DNA from: Octopus bimaculoides
Taxonomy: Eukaryota
Assembly: GCF_001194135.2 (NCBI RefSeq)
Contig: NC_068990.1
Coordinates: 54,151,898 to 54,215,897, forward strand
DNA: 64,000 nucleotides
Direction: 5' to 3'
Shown here: piece by piece, positions 1-13,384 of the stretch
How the letters are laid out: each line of letters begins with the position of its first letter
Position numbering within the stretch: position 1 is the stretch's first letter
Translations under genes and position numbers: made by a program
Notes under the pieces: model-generated
Told to the model about the DNA's origin: nothing
Databases searched by the model: none
What the model saw: the letters and a program-made list of their open reading frames with translations, nothing else

Positions 1-107
1 ATTTTGAGCTCTATCCTTTAAGAGACATGTATACATATATATATACAAAAACTCAACTGTGAGTTTTTGGCTAAGACTGTTAACAGATACTATATATTTT
101 GTAAAAT

Positions 108-131
108 TTGTTTTATAAAAGTATATATTTA

Positions 132-164
<33 letters not shown>

Positions 165-576
165 CATATATATACATATACATATATAAATATATATATA
201 TACATATATATGTATATATATATATATACATACACACACACATATATATACATATATATATTACTTAATCATCCATCGACATCACCAATAGTTGAATACA
301 AAAATGACTTTTCTTAAATATGTTTATTTTTTACTTATTTTTATAAAGCATTATCATTATCCAATAACATCACCATTAGTTGAATGAAGAAATGTCTCAG
401 GTTGAATTCAATTTAGGTGTTCTTTTTGTTAGGGTTTATAAACTGGTAATTTTTCAAATGTTCAATTTGAATTTCACTAATTTTGGATAGCCTTGATAAT
501 GTTGTATTAGCATATATATGTATGTGTGTATATACATACATACACACATACATACATAAATATATATATGTATGTA

Positions 577-615
<39 letters not shown>

Positions 616-674
616 AATTCATTTAACATATGCGTTTTACTCCATTTACTAAATTTATATATATATATATATAT
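108..674. repeat. (TA)n/(CA)n microsatellite-rich tracts (representative; many others throughout)
   Basis: Direct reading. Other large tracts at 19398-19620, 29712-29755 (ATT), 41003-41044 (AAT), 58497-58567, 59403-59458, 59922-60032 (TATC/TC/TA), 63020-63071. Confidence 0.95.
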
Positions 675-1437
675 NNNNNNNNNNNNNNNNNNNNNNNNNN
701 NNNNNNNNNNNNNNNNNNNNNNNNNNNNNNNNNNNNNNNNNNNNNNNNNNNNNNNNNNNNNNNNNNNNNNNNNNNNNNNNNNNNNNNNNNNNNNNNNNNN
801 NNNNNNNNNNNNNNNNNNNNNNNNNNNNNNNNNNNNNNNNNNNNNNNNNNNNNNNNNNNNNNNNNNNNNNNNNNNNNNNNNNNNNNNNNNNNNNNNNNNN
901 NNNNNNNNNNNNNNNNNNNNNNNNNNNNNNNNNNNNNNNNNNNNNNNNNNNNNNNNNNNNNNNNNNNNNNNNNNNNNNNNNNNNNNNNNNNNNNNNNNNN
1001 NNNNNNNNNNNNNNNNNNNNNNNNNNNNNNNNNNNNNNNNNNNNNNNNNNNNNNNNNNNNNNNNNNNNNNNNNNNNNNNNNNNNNNNNNNNNNNNNNNNN
1101 NNNNNNNNNNNNNNNNNNNNNNNNNNNNNNNNNNNNNNNNNNNNNNNNNNNNNNNNNNNNNNNNNNNNNNNNNNNNNNNNNNNNNNNNNNNNNNNNNNNN
1201 NNNNNNNNNNNNNNNNNNNNNNNNNNNNNNNNNNNNNNNNNNNNNNNNNNNNNNNNNNNNNNNNNNNNNNNNNNNNNNNNNNNNNNNNNNNNNNNNNNNN
1301 NNNNNNNNNNNNNNNNNNNNNNNNNNNNNNNNNNNNNNNNNNNNTTGTAGTTTGGAATCAGTAGTTCTTTGACTGCTATTTCTAAATTTTCAGTATGTTG
1401 GAGAAGCAACTCAAGCTAATCCCTGTATATTTATGAG

Positions 1438-1468
<31 letters not shown>

Positions 1469-1487
1469 ATGTATGTATGCATGTATA

Positions 1488-2150
1488 CACTGTGCAATAA
1501 ATATACTGTTGTCTAAATTACACAAAAATGAAAATAACACTGGCATCTCATTTTAACAGATATATTTACCAAAATTACATAAAAATATATTGAAATACTA
1601 AAGGGTAAATTTATTCAATAAAATCGCCATTGGCTTTTACCACAGCCTCCAGACAACTTCAGAATCTTCTGCAGTTCTTCTGGGTAGTCTCCTTGTTTAA
1701 GTTAGTGAATGCTGCCATAATCCTTGCCTTTAGATCATTTTCGGTGTTACAAGGAGTTTTGTTGGTCTCTTGCTCAACTGCACCCCATACATAACAATCA
1801 AGGGGTTTGCAGTCTGGGGAGTTAGGTGGCTAGATGTTAGGGGTGATATGGTCGCAGAAATTACCTGACAGCTATGACTGGTTCTCCTGCTTGTGTGGCA
1901 TGTACGGAGTCCTGTTACCAGACATAGGGTCTTCCAGCAGCCACCCTCTTGACCCAGGGCAGTAGTACCTTTTCCAGGCACTTGATGCTGAGTCTGAGGT
2001 CATGTGGAAAGATGAATGGAGGCATAATGTTGTCATCACTAGTGATCACTCCAAACACCAGGATGTTGACTGGATGTTTAATTTTTATCACACTCAGTAC
2101 ATGTTTTGGGGACACGATAAGCCAACAGTTATTCTGTGTGTTCATCATCT
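1488..2150 (-). mobile_element. DD37D (maT-like) Tc1/mariner 3' fragment
   Basis: Frameshifted peptides IKHPVNILVFGVITSDDNIMPPFIFP..LLPWVKRVAAGRPYVW and C-terminal ..LEAVVKANGDFIE*; probable end TA|CACTGTGC at 1486-1495. Confidence 0.75.
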
Positions 2151-2191
2151 GTACGTATATAAGTAAATGATGACAATTTACTCATCAATCC

Positions 2192-2238
<47 letters not shown>

Positions 2239-2741
2239 ATTCTTTCATTCAAGAAATTTGGAATTGTGTAAATGTATGAATTTTCAACATATACACACAC
2301 ACACACACAGAAAAATCTACCTTTTATAGATAAGATACATATTATATAGCTTGGACAATTTTCAGCTCTGATATATATTGTTTTCAAACACAATACATTC
2401 ATGAGGGATATTATCTCTGAATAAATGATACAGTAAATTGCTTTACGATGATGTATTCTCTCTTTCATTTATATCAAACTCAACAAAACTTGTATAAGCA
2501 TGTGGCTGACTGTGAATACATGATAATGACCAATGTGGCCAAAATGCATCTAGTGTTCCTGCTAGCCACTGCTGGGATGATTTTCATCTCCATCCAATAT
2601 ATAATGTGCTTTTGAACAATGCACACTCATAAGAGATGTTATGATAGGAGGAATACTGTAGTAAATCTGTCTTTCAAAGACATATGATAAATAGATGGCT
2701 ATATATGTGTGTGAGAGTGTATACATGTATAGATGTGTATG

Positions 2742-2779
<38 letters not shown>

Positions 2780-5459
2780 CTGCAATTTTATACATAAGTA
2801 TTCAAGCTGACACACCAACCAAACACTTGAGGCTAAGATACAAAATCATCAAACCCAATTTGTCAACAACGATAATTAAAGTGAGTAGGATGTGAATCAC
2901 TGAAGTACACAAAATGTACGAAGTCATGAAGTGAATTTCCATGAATAAGCTTACCACCTACATGATATAATACATACATACATGCATACATATATATATA
3001 TATATATATACACACTCACACTTGTGATAACTGAGAATGTGATTACTCTTAATAAGTTGTTAAGAATTTATTGGATGGTTTCATCTTGACATTGTCTATT
3101 AAGGACACTATAGCAGAGCTAGTCTATCTGTCTCTGCAGCAAATTAAAAGAAATAATAATAATCACACTTAGAAGAGGTGCAGAGTTCAGTTCCACTGCA
3201 TGGCACATCAGGCAAGTGTTTTCTACTTTAACCATGGGCTGACCAAATCATTGTTAGTGAATTTGATAAATGAAAACTGAAAGAAGTCTTGTCTTGACAT
3301 CAGGTCATGGCTGTCAACAAGTGTTACCATTATATAAGCAACGTTGTTCATTTCCAGTCTTCCATGAAAAACAGGTCTGGCCATGGTAAATATCAATTCA
3401 TTTGGAAAGTACTAAGGGTTGGTGAAAAGAAAGGCATCCAACTGTAGAAAATCTGCTTTGAAAAATTCTGTCTGATCCATCTAAGTATGGGAAAGTGGAT
3501 GTTAAATGATGATGATGATGAGGAACTGAGCTTGCATGACATATATCAGGATACCAAAACTATATCACCCCCACCTATGTTGACGACACATTAATTATAC
3601 ACGAATGTCTTAATTTTCTTTTCTTTTCTTTTTTTTGTCACTCAACATCAACACTTTAAAATCTGTTAGCATTCATTAAATTATGTGCTGCAACACAGGA
3701 CAACTTGATGGCTTACATTGAGAAATTGTTAGTTCTATCAACCACTGATTGATACAGTGGAGCAGAATGAATCCACCTCTTCATACATTAAGCAATCATA
3801 GTAGATATCAAGTAAGTGCTCCTATGTAGTCACTCTCATTACTAGAAACAGCAACCATACAAATACCTCTCAAATTACTTTCTTCTACCTTGAAAACAGG
3901 AAAGAGATGCATTATGTAATGTAGTCCTACATCCTTAATGAAGGATGGTCATGGCTAGAATGCTTTTGAACATACGTCTGCTCAAACAGAGGTGACATAA
4001 TAATAACATCGTTAGAGCTGAGAATTTAAGAGTAATTAAGCATAACTGGATTTACTTGCTGTGATCATTCCACATTCCCCTATTTAAAGTCATAAATAGT
4101 AATAGTTTAGTAGATTACACACACACAAATTTATTGCTATATATATTTAAACTTTCCAGCCTGGTAGTGAAATTAGTTTATCTTCCTCATCGCAAACACT
4201 ATGTCAAATCCTTCTAGAGCAGACAGTATCATTTTACCCATAAGCATTCAGATCACTCCATCAAATGTAATGCTTATTTATTCACATTGTTTTGAATTAA
4301 CCACATATTATGTTGTGGCTTTGAGATTTTGATGAAGTGTAAAGTGATAGTGTTGATTTAGAACAACATTGTACAGTAGGTGTGAAACGCTGGGTATGGT
4401 CAGTTTGAGCATAAAACAGGTAGAATATTTGAGCCACACATGACTGATTTATTCAGCATTTTCCATGTTGACATAAGATTATAGAATTTGTTGAGCCTTC
4501 CTGTCTTGTTATGAAATAAGGTTTTTCGTTGCTTGTGGTCTTCACACACAATAAAACACTGAGTATCTGATGTAAACACTGTCACTGTTTTTGCTCACAT
4601 AATTTCAGGTTTAGCCCCACTGCATAGTATCTTGGGCAAGTATCTTTTACCATAGCCCCAGGTTGACTAAAGCTTTGTGAGTGGATTTGGAAACTGAAAG
4701 AAGCTTGATGTACATATGCATGTGTGTGTGTATGTATACATGTATGTTAGTGTCTCTTTATCTTGATATTGTGACAGATGTAAACGAGTATCACTGCCAT
4801 ACAATTGTGTCCTTTGCTTCCAATCTTTTGTGAAGAACATCTGACTATGGGGAAATATTACCTAACTCGGAAACAGGTGAAGGATGGCAATAGAAAGAAT
4901 ATCTAGCCATAGAAAACCTACCTCAACAAATTCTGTCTGACCCATGCAAGCATGGAAAAGTGAACATTAAAACACGATAGGCTTCTATACAGTTTCCATA
5001 TACTAAATTTCACAGATAAAGCCTAGGTTAGCCCAAGCCTATAATAGAGGACACATGTCTAAAATGGCATGCAGTAGGATTGAACGCTAAGCCACATGGT
5101 TACAAAGTGAACTTCTTAAATCCACAACTGTCTGATATAATTTATATAACCAAAGTAACAAGGAAACCTCTATGTAGTAAGACCTGCTAGAAATATCCCC
5201 CAAATTATATCCTAGTCTTGAAAACATAAAGGACACATTGGATAATGTATTTTTATGTCCCTCTAGAAAAACTGGATGGTTCAGGTTGGAACAACTTTAC
5301 TTAGGTAAGCTCGATCTGGGATGACCAGTGGCTAAGAAATAACAATACTCCCTCATCTGAAATTACTAGATTCAGCAGACAATAGAATCACATTGATAAT
5401 TAATGAAGCCATCTAAAATTACAAATCTTTATTTTATTCCACAATAATGATGATGACAT

Positions 5460-6300
5460 TTTTGGGGATGCGGTGCAGTATGTTGATTTTGCCTAACATC
5501 TTTTCAGAGTTGATAAAATAAGTACCAGTTGAGCACCAAAATTGATGTAATCAACTAGACTCCCCTCCAAAATTCCAAGCCCTCTGCCTATAGTAGCAAG
5601 GATTGTTATTATTATTTAAGGGGGGAAACTGGCAGAATTGTTAGCAGGCCAGGCAAAATACTTAGCAGCATTTCATCCATCGTCACCTTCTGAGTTCAAA
5701 TTCTGCTGAGGTTGACTTCACCATTCATCCTTTCAGGGTCAATAAAATAAGTATCAGTTGATCACTGGTATCAATGTAATCAACTAACCCTCACTACTAA
5801 AATTGCTGGCCTTGTGCTAAAATTTGAAACCATTTAAGGTGACAAACTGGTAGAAATATTAGCATACTTAGTAGCATTTTGTCTTTCTCTGCATTCTGAG
5901 TTCAAATGTCACCAAAGTCGACTTTGCCTTTCATCCTTTTGGAGTTGATGATAAATAAGTACCAGTTGAGTACTGAGGTCAATGAAATTGACTTATCCCT
6001 CCCCCAGACTTTTGGGCCTTGTGCTTGTAGTAGAAAGGATTATTATTATTTTTACTAAGATGGCAATCTGACAGAAATCCTAAGCATGTTTAGTGGCATT
6101 TCTTTTGGCTTTAAGTTCTCAGTTCAAATTCTGCCAAGGTCAACTTTGTCTTTCAGAGTCAATAAAATAAATACCAGTCAAGAATGGGGNNNNNNNNNNN
6201 NNNGAAACAATTAAAGGTGGTGAGCTGGCAGAATGATTACCATGCCGGAAAAATGCTTAGCAGCATTTCTTTTGGTTCCTTACACTCTGAGTTCAAATCC
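5460..6300 (+). mobile_element. Cluster of about five same-orientation copies of one SINE family
   Basis: Recurring ctggcagaat..gttagca..ttctgagttcaaatt..gactt..tcatccttt..ataaaataagtaccagttg unit (B-box-like GAGTTCAAAT). Other copies at about 27240-27490 (+), 29755-29915 (+), 36380-36910 (-), 40740-40960 (-). Confidence 0.75.
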
Positions 6301-6839
6301 TACTACTGCATCTTTCTTCCACCCAGACTCTCTCTCTCGTCTAATCCAATTCTTGGTCACCTGAGCAAATGTACAGACCCCAGCATATTGAGTACTCTCA
6401 ATACTTCTTGCCTTGCTGCTGAAATCTCCCTGCCCCCCAATCCCACTTCTATTTCCCCTCCCTAGCCTACATGTCTGTCTTCTCTGAGCACTTTCTACAT
6501 TGTCCAGTGTACAAGGCACCACTATTCTTGTACTGACAACAATGAAAAGCTGACATATGGGCTCCCTCCAAGTGACAAGTGAATTAAGGGATCTTTCTAA
6601 TTTTGATACAATGCATGCAGTGTACAAGTAAAGTGGTTGGCTAGCTGAGCAGAGAATGCACAGGGTTCTGAGGTCTCTTTATTCATCCTCCCTACAGTTG
6701 GTACTGTGAAAAAATGTTCCCAGTCCACTCTGTAAAGTGGTTTGTAAGAGGAAGGACATTCAGCTGTAGGAACCAAGCCAAATTATACATACAAGCATCA
6801 GTGTATAGAGGTAGCAGCTCCTTGCTGGAGATGACTCAG

Positions 6840-8060
6840 ACCATGACATCATCATCATTTAATGTCTGCCTTCCATGCTGGCAAGGGTTGGACAGTTTGT
6901 CAGGAGCCAGCCAAGTAGGAGCCTGCACCAGACTTCTGTATCTGCTTTGGCAGTGTTTTTATGGCTGGATACCCTTCATAACACCAACCACCCAGCAGAG
7001 TGGACTGAGTGCTTTTTACATGGCACAGGCAAGGTCAATTTTGGCATGGTTTTTACAGCTGGATACTTTTTACATGGCATCAGCACTGGCAGGCTCACCA
7101 AGTAACTTACAAGACAAAGATCCTTTGAGAGGGGAGGTGGCATTAGAGGAAGTGATCTTGTCAGATGATGAAAGGTTATAGTGACAGAAACAGGTGTCAT
7201 GCTGAAGAGGAGATACATGGTAGAGAAAGAAAAAGAGAGAGAGAGAGAGAAAATGAGGATGGAAACAAGCATGCTGCTGTAAAGGAGATACATGGTTACC
7301 CACCCTGAAGGAAGAGCAGGAGAGAGATGGTGGCAAAGTGCTAGGCATAATCACAAGGGACAGGGATCAGAATATAAATGAGATGGTCGAGTAAAAGAAG
7401 AGAGATATAGATGGTGGTAAGTGCCAGGGCATACCTTTGAGGTACGGAAGTCATAATATAAGTGGCAGCACATAGCCAAAGAAGCGGGAGTTGAAAATGG
7501 GGGGAGGGCAATGTAGTGAGTGGTGAAAACCTGGGTATATAGAGGGGCTGGGCTACCGGATAGCAATGATAAAGTGAACACGGCCATGAGGACAGGATTG
7601 GGGAGTGAGCAATAAGTAGAGTGCATGAAAAAGAAGAAGTGAGGAAGAGATGTAGTTTGGTTTGTTGGAGTAGGGTGTGTGATGTTTTCTTGTTATGTGT
7701 GGGAGGAATACACAGTACTTCTAAGAACTCAGGTTCGCTGACGTGGGTGGGTTTTCTCAAGAACCTCATATCACCAGACATCTCAATTCATTGTCATTTC
7801 CTCCTTGAGGCCCAACATCCTGAGATCAGTCCTTACCACTCCATTTCATGTCTTCCCGGGTCTCCCTCTTCCACAGATAGCACCCATTTTCAGTGATCAG
7901 CACTTCTCTATATAGTTGTCTTCATCCATACTCACCACATGTCCAAACCAATGTAGTCCTCTCTCTTGCATGCTGCATTTGATTTTTCTTATGCCCAACT
8001 TTTCTCTCAATACATTTACACTTTGTTGTACATGCCCATTGATGTTGCACAACCAGTAAA
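6840..8060 (-). mobile_element. Older RTE LINE 3' end
   Basis: LREKLGIRKIKCSMQERGLHWFGHV C-terminus, purine-rich UTR, and tail catcatcatttaatgtctgccttccatgc. Confidence 0.75.
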
Positions 8061-8101
8061 AATGATAATGATACACACACACATACACACATGTATATAT
8101 A

Positions 8102-9557
8102 CACCCTGAACCACGCTAATAGCTTAGGAATGAAATTTAGGATTTAGTAGTTTTCTGTGAATCGATTTTGATAAAACTTTTTCCAGCTGGTTTGCACACT
8201 ATGGCAACACTATTGTTTTGTTTTCATTATTCTGTGTAACGTCCTTTCCTTTTTAATTCAGATTCTTCAGTTTTGGGGTGAACCAGGCTAATAGCATCTC
8301 TCCTCCCTAAGAACAATGGGACGTGGAAAAGGCCTTAACGATGAAGAAAAGTCAGTCATTGTCAAGGAAAGTGCTAAAGGCACCTCTTTTCATGTCATTG
8401 TGGAGAAGTTAGGTATGTGGACACAGATGATTCCTGAAGGACTCCTTGCCAAGGAAGAAACAATCTGATTGTGGGACTTCAAAGACTCTGACAGCTAGAG
8501 ATTTAAGGAATATTAGCCACAAGTTACATGGGAAACCTGGACAAACAAGCAAAGCCATTTTCACTGCCTCACATACCAGAAATCGCATCCTCGGGACCAT
8601 GGCTTCTGTGCAAGAAACTCTGAAACTGCCTCCTTTAACGCCCTGTCACAGGAGTTTGAGGCTTCAATGGGCCCAAAAGTACATGACATTAGATATGAGT
8701 TGTATTCTGTACACTGACAAAACCAGAGCGACCCTTGACAGATCTGAGAGTTGGGTGTATTTTGGAGATGAGCATCACCAACGTTTACAACATCAACAAC
8801 AGGGTGGCAGAATCATGTGGGCTGGTATCATTGGGTTTAGACTTGTTGGCCCAGTTAGGGTGCCTGAAGGAGGTCTTGGATCCCTGGCTAGATGACATAC
8901 TACTGTCACTTCTAAGGAATCTCATATTCATGCATGACAATGCACCCTCCCACTCTGCTACGACCACCCAAACATTACTAGGGTCTTACGGCATACAAGA
9001 TGAAAGGTTGACGGTGTGGCCAGCAACATCTCCAGATCTCAACCCTATTGAAAATTCTTGGTCCATCATTAAACAAGATGTTTATGCCAATTTACGTCAA
9101 AAGATGTCTTATGGGCAACCATCAAAGGTGCAGCAGAGGTAGTCAAACCTGCTACTATTAAGAAATTGGCAGATTCCATGACTAATAAGGCTTTTGAAGT
9201 TATCCATTAAATTGGCACTCATGCGGCTAAATAATTCATTATGTCAATAAATGTTATAATATTATTATGGTTTTGTTAAATATATACTCAATGTATGCTT
9301 AATATGTATCACTACCCTTCATCTTCTGAAAAAAATGTCTAGATGGGCTCTTTTCATTGAAAAGTTATTAGCGTGGTTCACCCAAAAACTGAAGAATCTG
9401 GAATAAAAAAGAAAGGACGTTACACAGAATAATGAAAACATAACAATAGTGTTGCTATAGTGTGCAAACCAGCTGGAAAAAGTTTTATCAAAATCCATTT
9501 ACAGGAAACCGATAAATCCTAAATTTCAGTCCTAAGTTATTAGCATAGTTCTGGGTG
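8102..9557 (+). mobile_element. Full-length degenerate Tc1-like element, DD37E (TRT-like), about 195-bp TIRs, TA target duplication
   Basis: TA|caccctgaaccacgctaatagc...gctaataa/ctgggtg|TA; TIRs about 8102-8295 and 9364-9557. ORF starts MGRGKGLNDEEKSVIVK at 8316. Motifs YTDKTRATLD, FMHDNAPSH, WPATSPDLNPIE; 37 residues counted between the second D and E. Frameshifted. Confidence 0.9.
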
Positions 9558-11834
9558 TAGTTTGGCCAATGTTTAAAACATTTGTCAGCAGCGGAAGAGT
9601 TTTTGTCTAAACATGTTTTCGTTTGGTTTTCCTTTAGACATAATGATTTCAAAAAATATTTCCTCACTAGTATTGTTGTTTAATCTGTCAACCTAAAACA
9701 AGCAAATCTATGATCAAGGACATTCCATCAATGACTATCCCACTTTGCGTTCAGATAGAGTTTTTATTTGCGACCATGTTATTGTGTCCTCTTCAAAAGG
9801 TGTAATTTGAGTGAAATATAACTGCTATTTCTAACATGTAGAATGACTACACAGAAGTCTTCCTTGGTGACTTGCCTTATCTGTGTATCTTTATTGAGTT
9901 TCAAGTTCAATTAAAAAATATTTAACCTTTTCATTCTAATTAATATTGAAAATAATGAAGAATTTAGTAAAATTACTTGTTATTTTTGAATGAATTAAAA
10001 CTTCATCTCGAATTGGGAGCAGGTAAAACCATTCATCTAAAGTTGAGTTTTCACTGAAATAATGATCATTTTAACTAGTGAATTTCTTAAATATATTTGT
10101 TTATCATAATTTGTGTAAATCAGATACATTGAACACACAAATGACCTGTCTAGGTGAGCAGCAACCACTACTATGAGATCGTTCTGACTGCAAACTGGTG
10201 ATGATGATGATGATGATGCAGTAAAGTTTGGTATATACAGTGGCATTTATTATCCATCACCTGGTCATTGTGGGTAGTGAATTGGTAGAGTGTCAGATAA
10301 AACATTTTGCAATATTTCATTAGGTCAATTCATGATCAGAGTTGTGTAAGTTAAAATAACTGTCTTTAATCCCTACCAGATTCACACATGTCTGAGTGGA
10401 CATCATTAATGCTCAGTAGATATGACAAAAGTTTATCTGCAAGAAACACATATATAATGATGGGAGGGGGAAGGAAAAACAACAACATTCTTATATATTT
10501 TACAGAATCAATATATTTTCAAATTGAAAATCAAATCTATTTGAAAGACTTCCAAAGATTTTTAAAAAAACCATCACCAATGTTTAAAAAAAAGTTACAT
10601 TCAATGAGGTAATCTGGTAATAAGAATTAGAAAATGAAGAAAATTTTGATTATATGAAGCCCCAAAGTGAAATACTGGGTTTTTCAGAAGCATGCAATAA
10701 ATGAATATGGGGAGAAAAAAATTACAAACAAAACAAAACAAAACAAACAAAAAAAAAGAAACTAGAACATGGCATGCAAAGAAAGAGAAGAGAAATATTT
10801 CTTTCTTTTACAAGTTATGAGATAATTAGGGATGAAAGCACCGCCAACATTGGAGTCAACAGCAAATAAATTTACTTTCCTACACAAATCTCAATTATTT
10901 TTTTCTCTGATATATCATCAATTTATTAAGACTTATCTGAAAATACAGTATTTTTGGCAATAAAGGTATTGTATTTTTATATATAAAATGAGAAGAAAAA
11001 TATACGTATATATGTTAGTGTTTGTATATATAGTTTTCTGAATTCAAATCAATGTCTGAAGTAGACAGTTGAAAAGTTTGGCATATAAAGCTGGAAGACA
11101 TGCCATTAACAATTGTTGGCCCCAATATCAAATAAAAACAGAATCCCACATGTTTACTGCGCTTAACATCATTTTTGTGGAAAAAAGAGTAAGCATCTAA
11201 ATAAAGAGTACATGAAAAAAAAAAAGATAATGGAAAACAGAAGTGTTTCTGTATTGATTATCAACTAACTGCATTTCACATAAAAATGTTCATAAAAGAA
11301 ACAAACAATTTGGAAGAAAACTCAACATAAATTCTGTATGAAGGATTGTATGTTATGGTTTCTCTGAAGCTTGGTGGGTGGGATGCAGAATATTACATAT
11401 CAGACACAATCGGCTCTTAAAAGTCACCCAATATTTTTAACAGGGAAATAGAGAGTGTGTGTGTGTGTGTGCATCAATCATAGGTGTAGATGTCGCTGTG
11501 TGGTTAAGAAACTGTGGTCTTAGTTCAGTCCCACTGCACAGCACTTTTGGCAAGCATCTTTTACAATAGGTAGGAAATACTACCTTGCTTAGAAACAATG
11601 AAACAATTGAGGGTTAGCAACAAGAAGTGCATCCAACCATAGAAAAATTTGCCTAAACAAATTCCATCTGGGATGTAAGATGATGATGATGTGTGTATAT
11701 ATATATATATACACCAATAGAAGTGAGCACCAGAGATGGTGATGATCATTTCAAGAGAAAGACAGCAGTCACTGAATCAGTAGCAATCCAGTCAAAATAG
11801 CTTTTAAACCCTGATTAAAATATAATTAACAGAA

Positions 11835-12200
11835 GGTATGGCTGTGTCATTAAGAAACTTGCTTCCCAACCATGTGTGCATGGCACCTTGGGCAAGAGTC
11901 TTCTATTATATCCCCAGGTCAACCAAAGGCTTGTGAATAGATTTGATAGAAAGAAACTGAAAGGCCAGCATGTGTGTGGGTGAGTGTGTCTGCGTGTACC
12001 CTTGATTTGACATCACATGATGTTTGTAAACAAACATCACTGATCACTGTCTTACAAGTGATGCTATTAACTTTCCAGTCTGGCTTTGGTAAATATTACC
12101 TTGCTTGGAAACAGGAAAGGCATCCAACTATAGAAAAGTCTTCCTCAACAAGTTCCATTGAACTTATGCAAACATAGAAGAGTGGACAGATGACTAATAA
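11835..12200 (+). mobile_element. tRNA-derived SINE with RTE-like 3' tail (representative copy)
   Basis: Head tggctgtgt..aagaaacttgcttcccaaccatg, body gaaactgaaag, tail ggcatccaactatagaaa..catagaagagtggac. Related copies at about 3170-3520, 4600-4980, 11480-11690, 14290-14640, 33010-33420 (-), 52040-52160 (-), 59460-59600, 60985-61275. Confidence 0.7.
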
Positions 12201-12835
12201 GAATCAAAACTCTGTAAAATGGAGTTTTAGAGTTGTTTTTATCGAATCCATGATGAAAATGTTGTGATCCTTAAAAGTTAAAAAACTAAACTCCAACAAA
12301 TGTTAGCAAATCAAAGAACTAACAACCTGTTAAATTAATTACAAACTCATTAAAGACAAAAGACTGTCTACCAACAGCTGAGGAAAAATAAAACTGACAT
12401 ACTTTATCCTCTTATATAATGCTAACAGTTGAAATCAGGAAACTGCCTGGAAAGTTCTGTGAAATAAATAATGTACACACTCCAAAGATACTGTGATCAT
12501 TAAATTTGCTGCTGATTGTAAGCCAAATTCCATAACCACTAAACCATGAGCTATCACATGTGGGAAGGGAATTAAAAATAAATAATATTCATGCTAGGTG
12601 TTTTCCTCCACTATTAAGCAATTAAAGTATCTTAGTAAACTAAGGAAATAAACTCACCAAGGAAACAATGCAATGCTGATGGCAAATGTGAGCTCATCAC
12701 TTGCCACTAATGTCATAAAATGCCTCTTAGTCTCAAAACTAAAGAATGTCAAGCAATAATATGCTTGATTCCACTTCTACAAATGCAACGTTTGTAGAAA
12801 TGGAATCAATGCAATATTTGAAGCAAATATATTTC

Positions 12836-12841
12836 TTTATT
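12836..12841 (-). promoter_or_regulatory. Candidate polyadenylation signal of the IRF gene
   Basis: AATAAA on the minus strand about 550 nt after the stop codon. The hexamer is common in AT-rich DNA. Confidence 0.3.
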
Positions 12842-13384
12842 GCTGTATGTGTCTGTGATACTGTTTAGTAGAAGAAAAAAAAGTTTAAATCATGCACACA
12901 CACACACAAACACTTTCTCTCTCTCTCTGCTTGTCAGTAGATAAAAAAAATTCATGCAAACAATTTCAGAGTTAGTTTCCTCTCTCTGTAGAATATCTGT
13001 CTACCTTTTATGATTGCTTCAGTAGTTTTGTAGATGACAGTTGCATTGAATATGTAAGAATAAAACCAACTGACAAATTTTTTAAAATCTTTGTAGCACT
13101 TTAGTTTTAATGAAAAACAGAACAAAGAAACATTAATCACAATTTAAGAAGAGAAAATAAGAAAACTCTAGAAATAATGTTCCTATAGATAAAGAACTAC
13201 AACAAAGATAAATGCTCTAAGTAAATGAAATAGGGATTCTATATATATATAGAAAAAAGGGTGGGGAGATCTGAATTTTTCAACAACCAAATACTTCTGA
13301 ACATTATCAGAAAATACCCCACTTTTTACTGTTAGAAATCTAACAACTGATGTTTGGACTATTGGAAAATAGTCAAAAATAAAT

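Noticed and set aside
507-1409. Long ORFs full of X or IY/CV/ER runs (also around 46000-47250, 48700-49380, 58660-61170, 62940-63430)
   Set aside because: Artefacts of N-gaps and dinucleotide microsatellites.
10124-10153. 30-nt plus-strand micro-exon candidate (cag|..YIEHTNDLS..|gtgagc)
   Set aside because: Weak polypyrimidine tract and no partner exons or homology.
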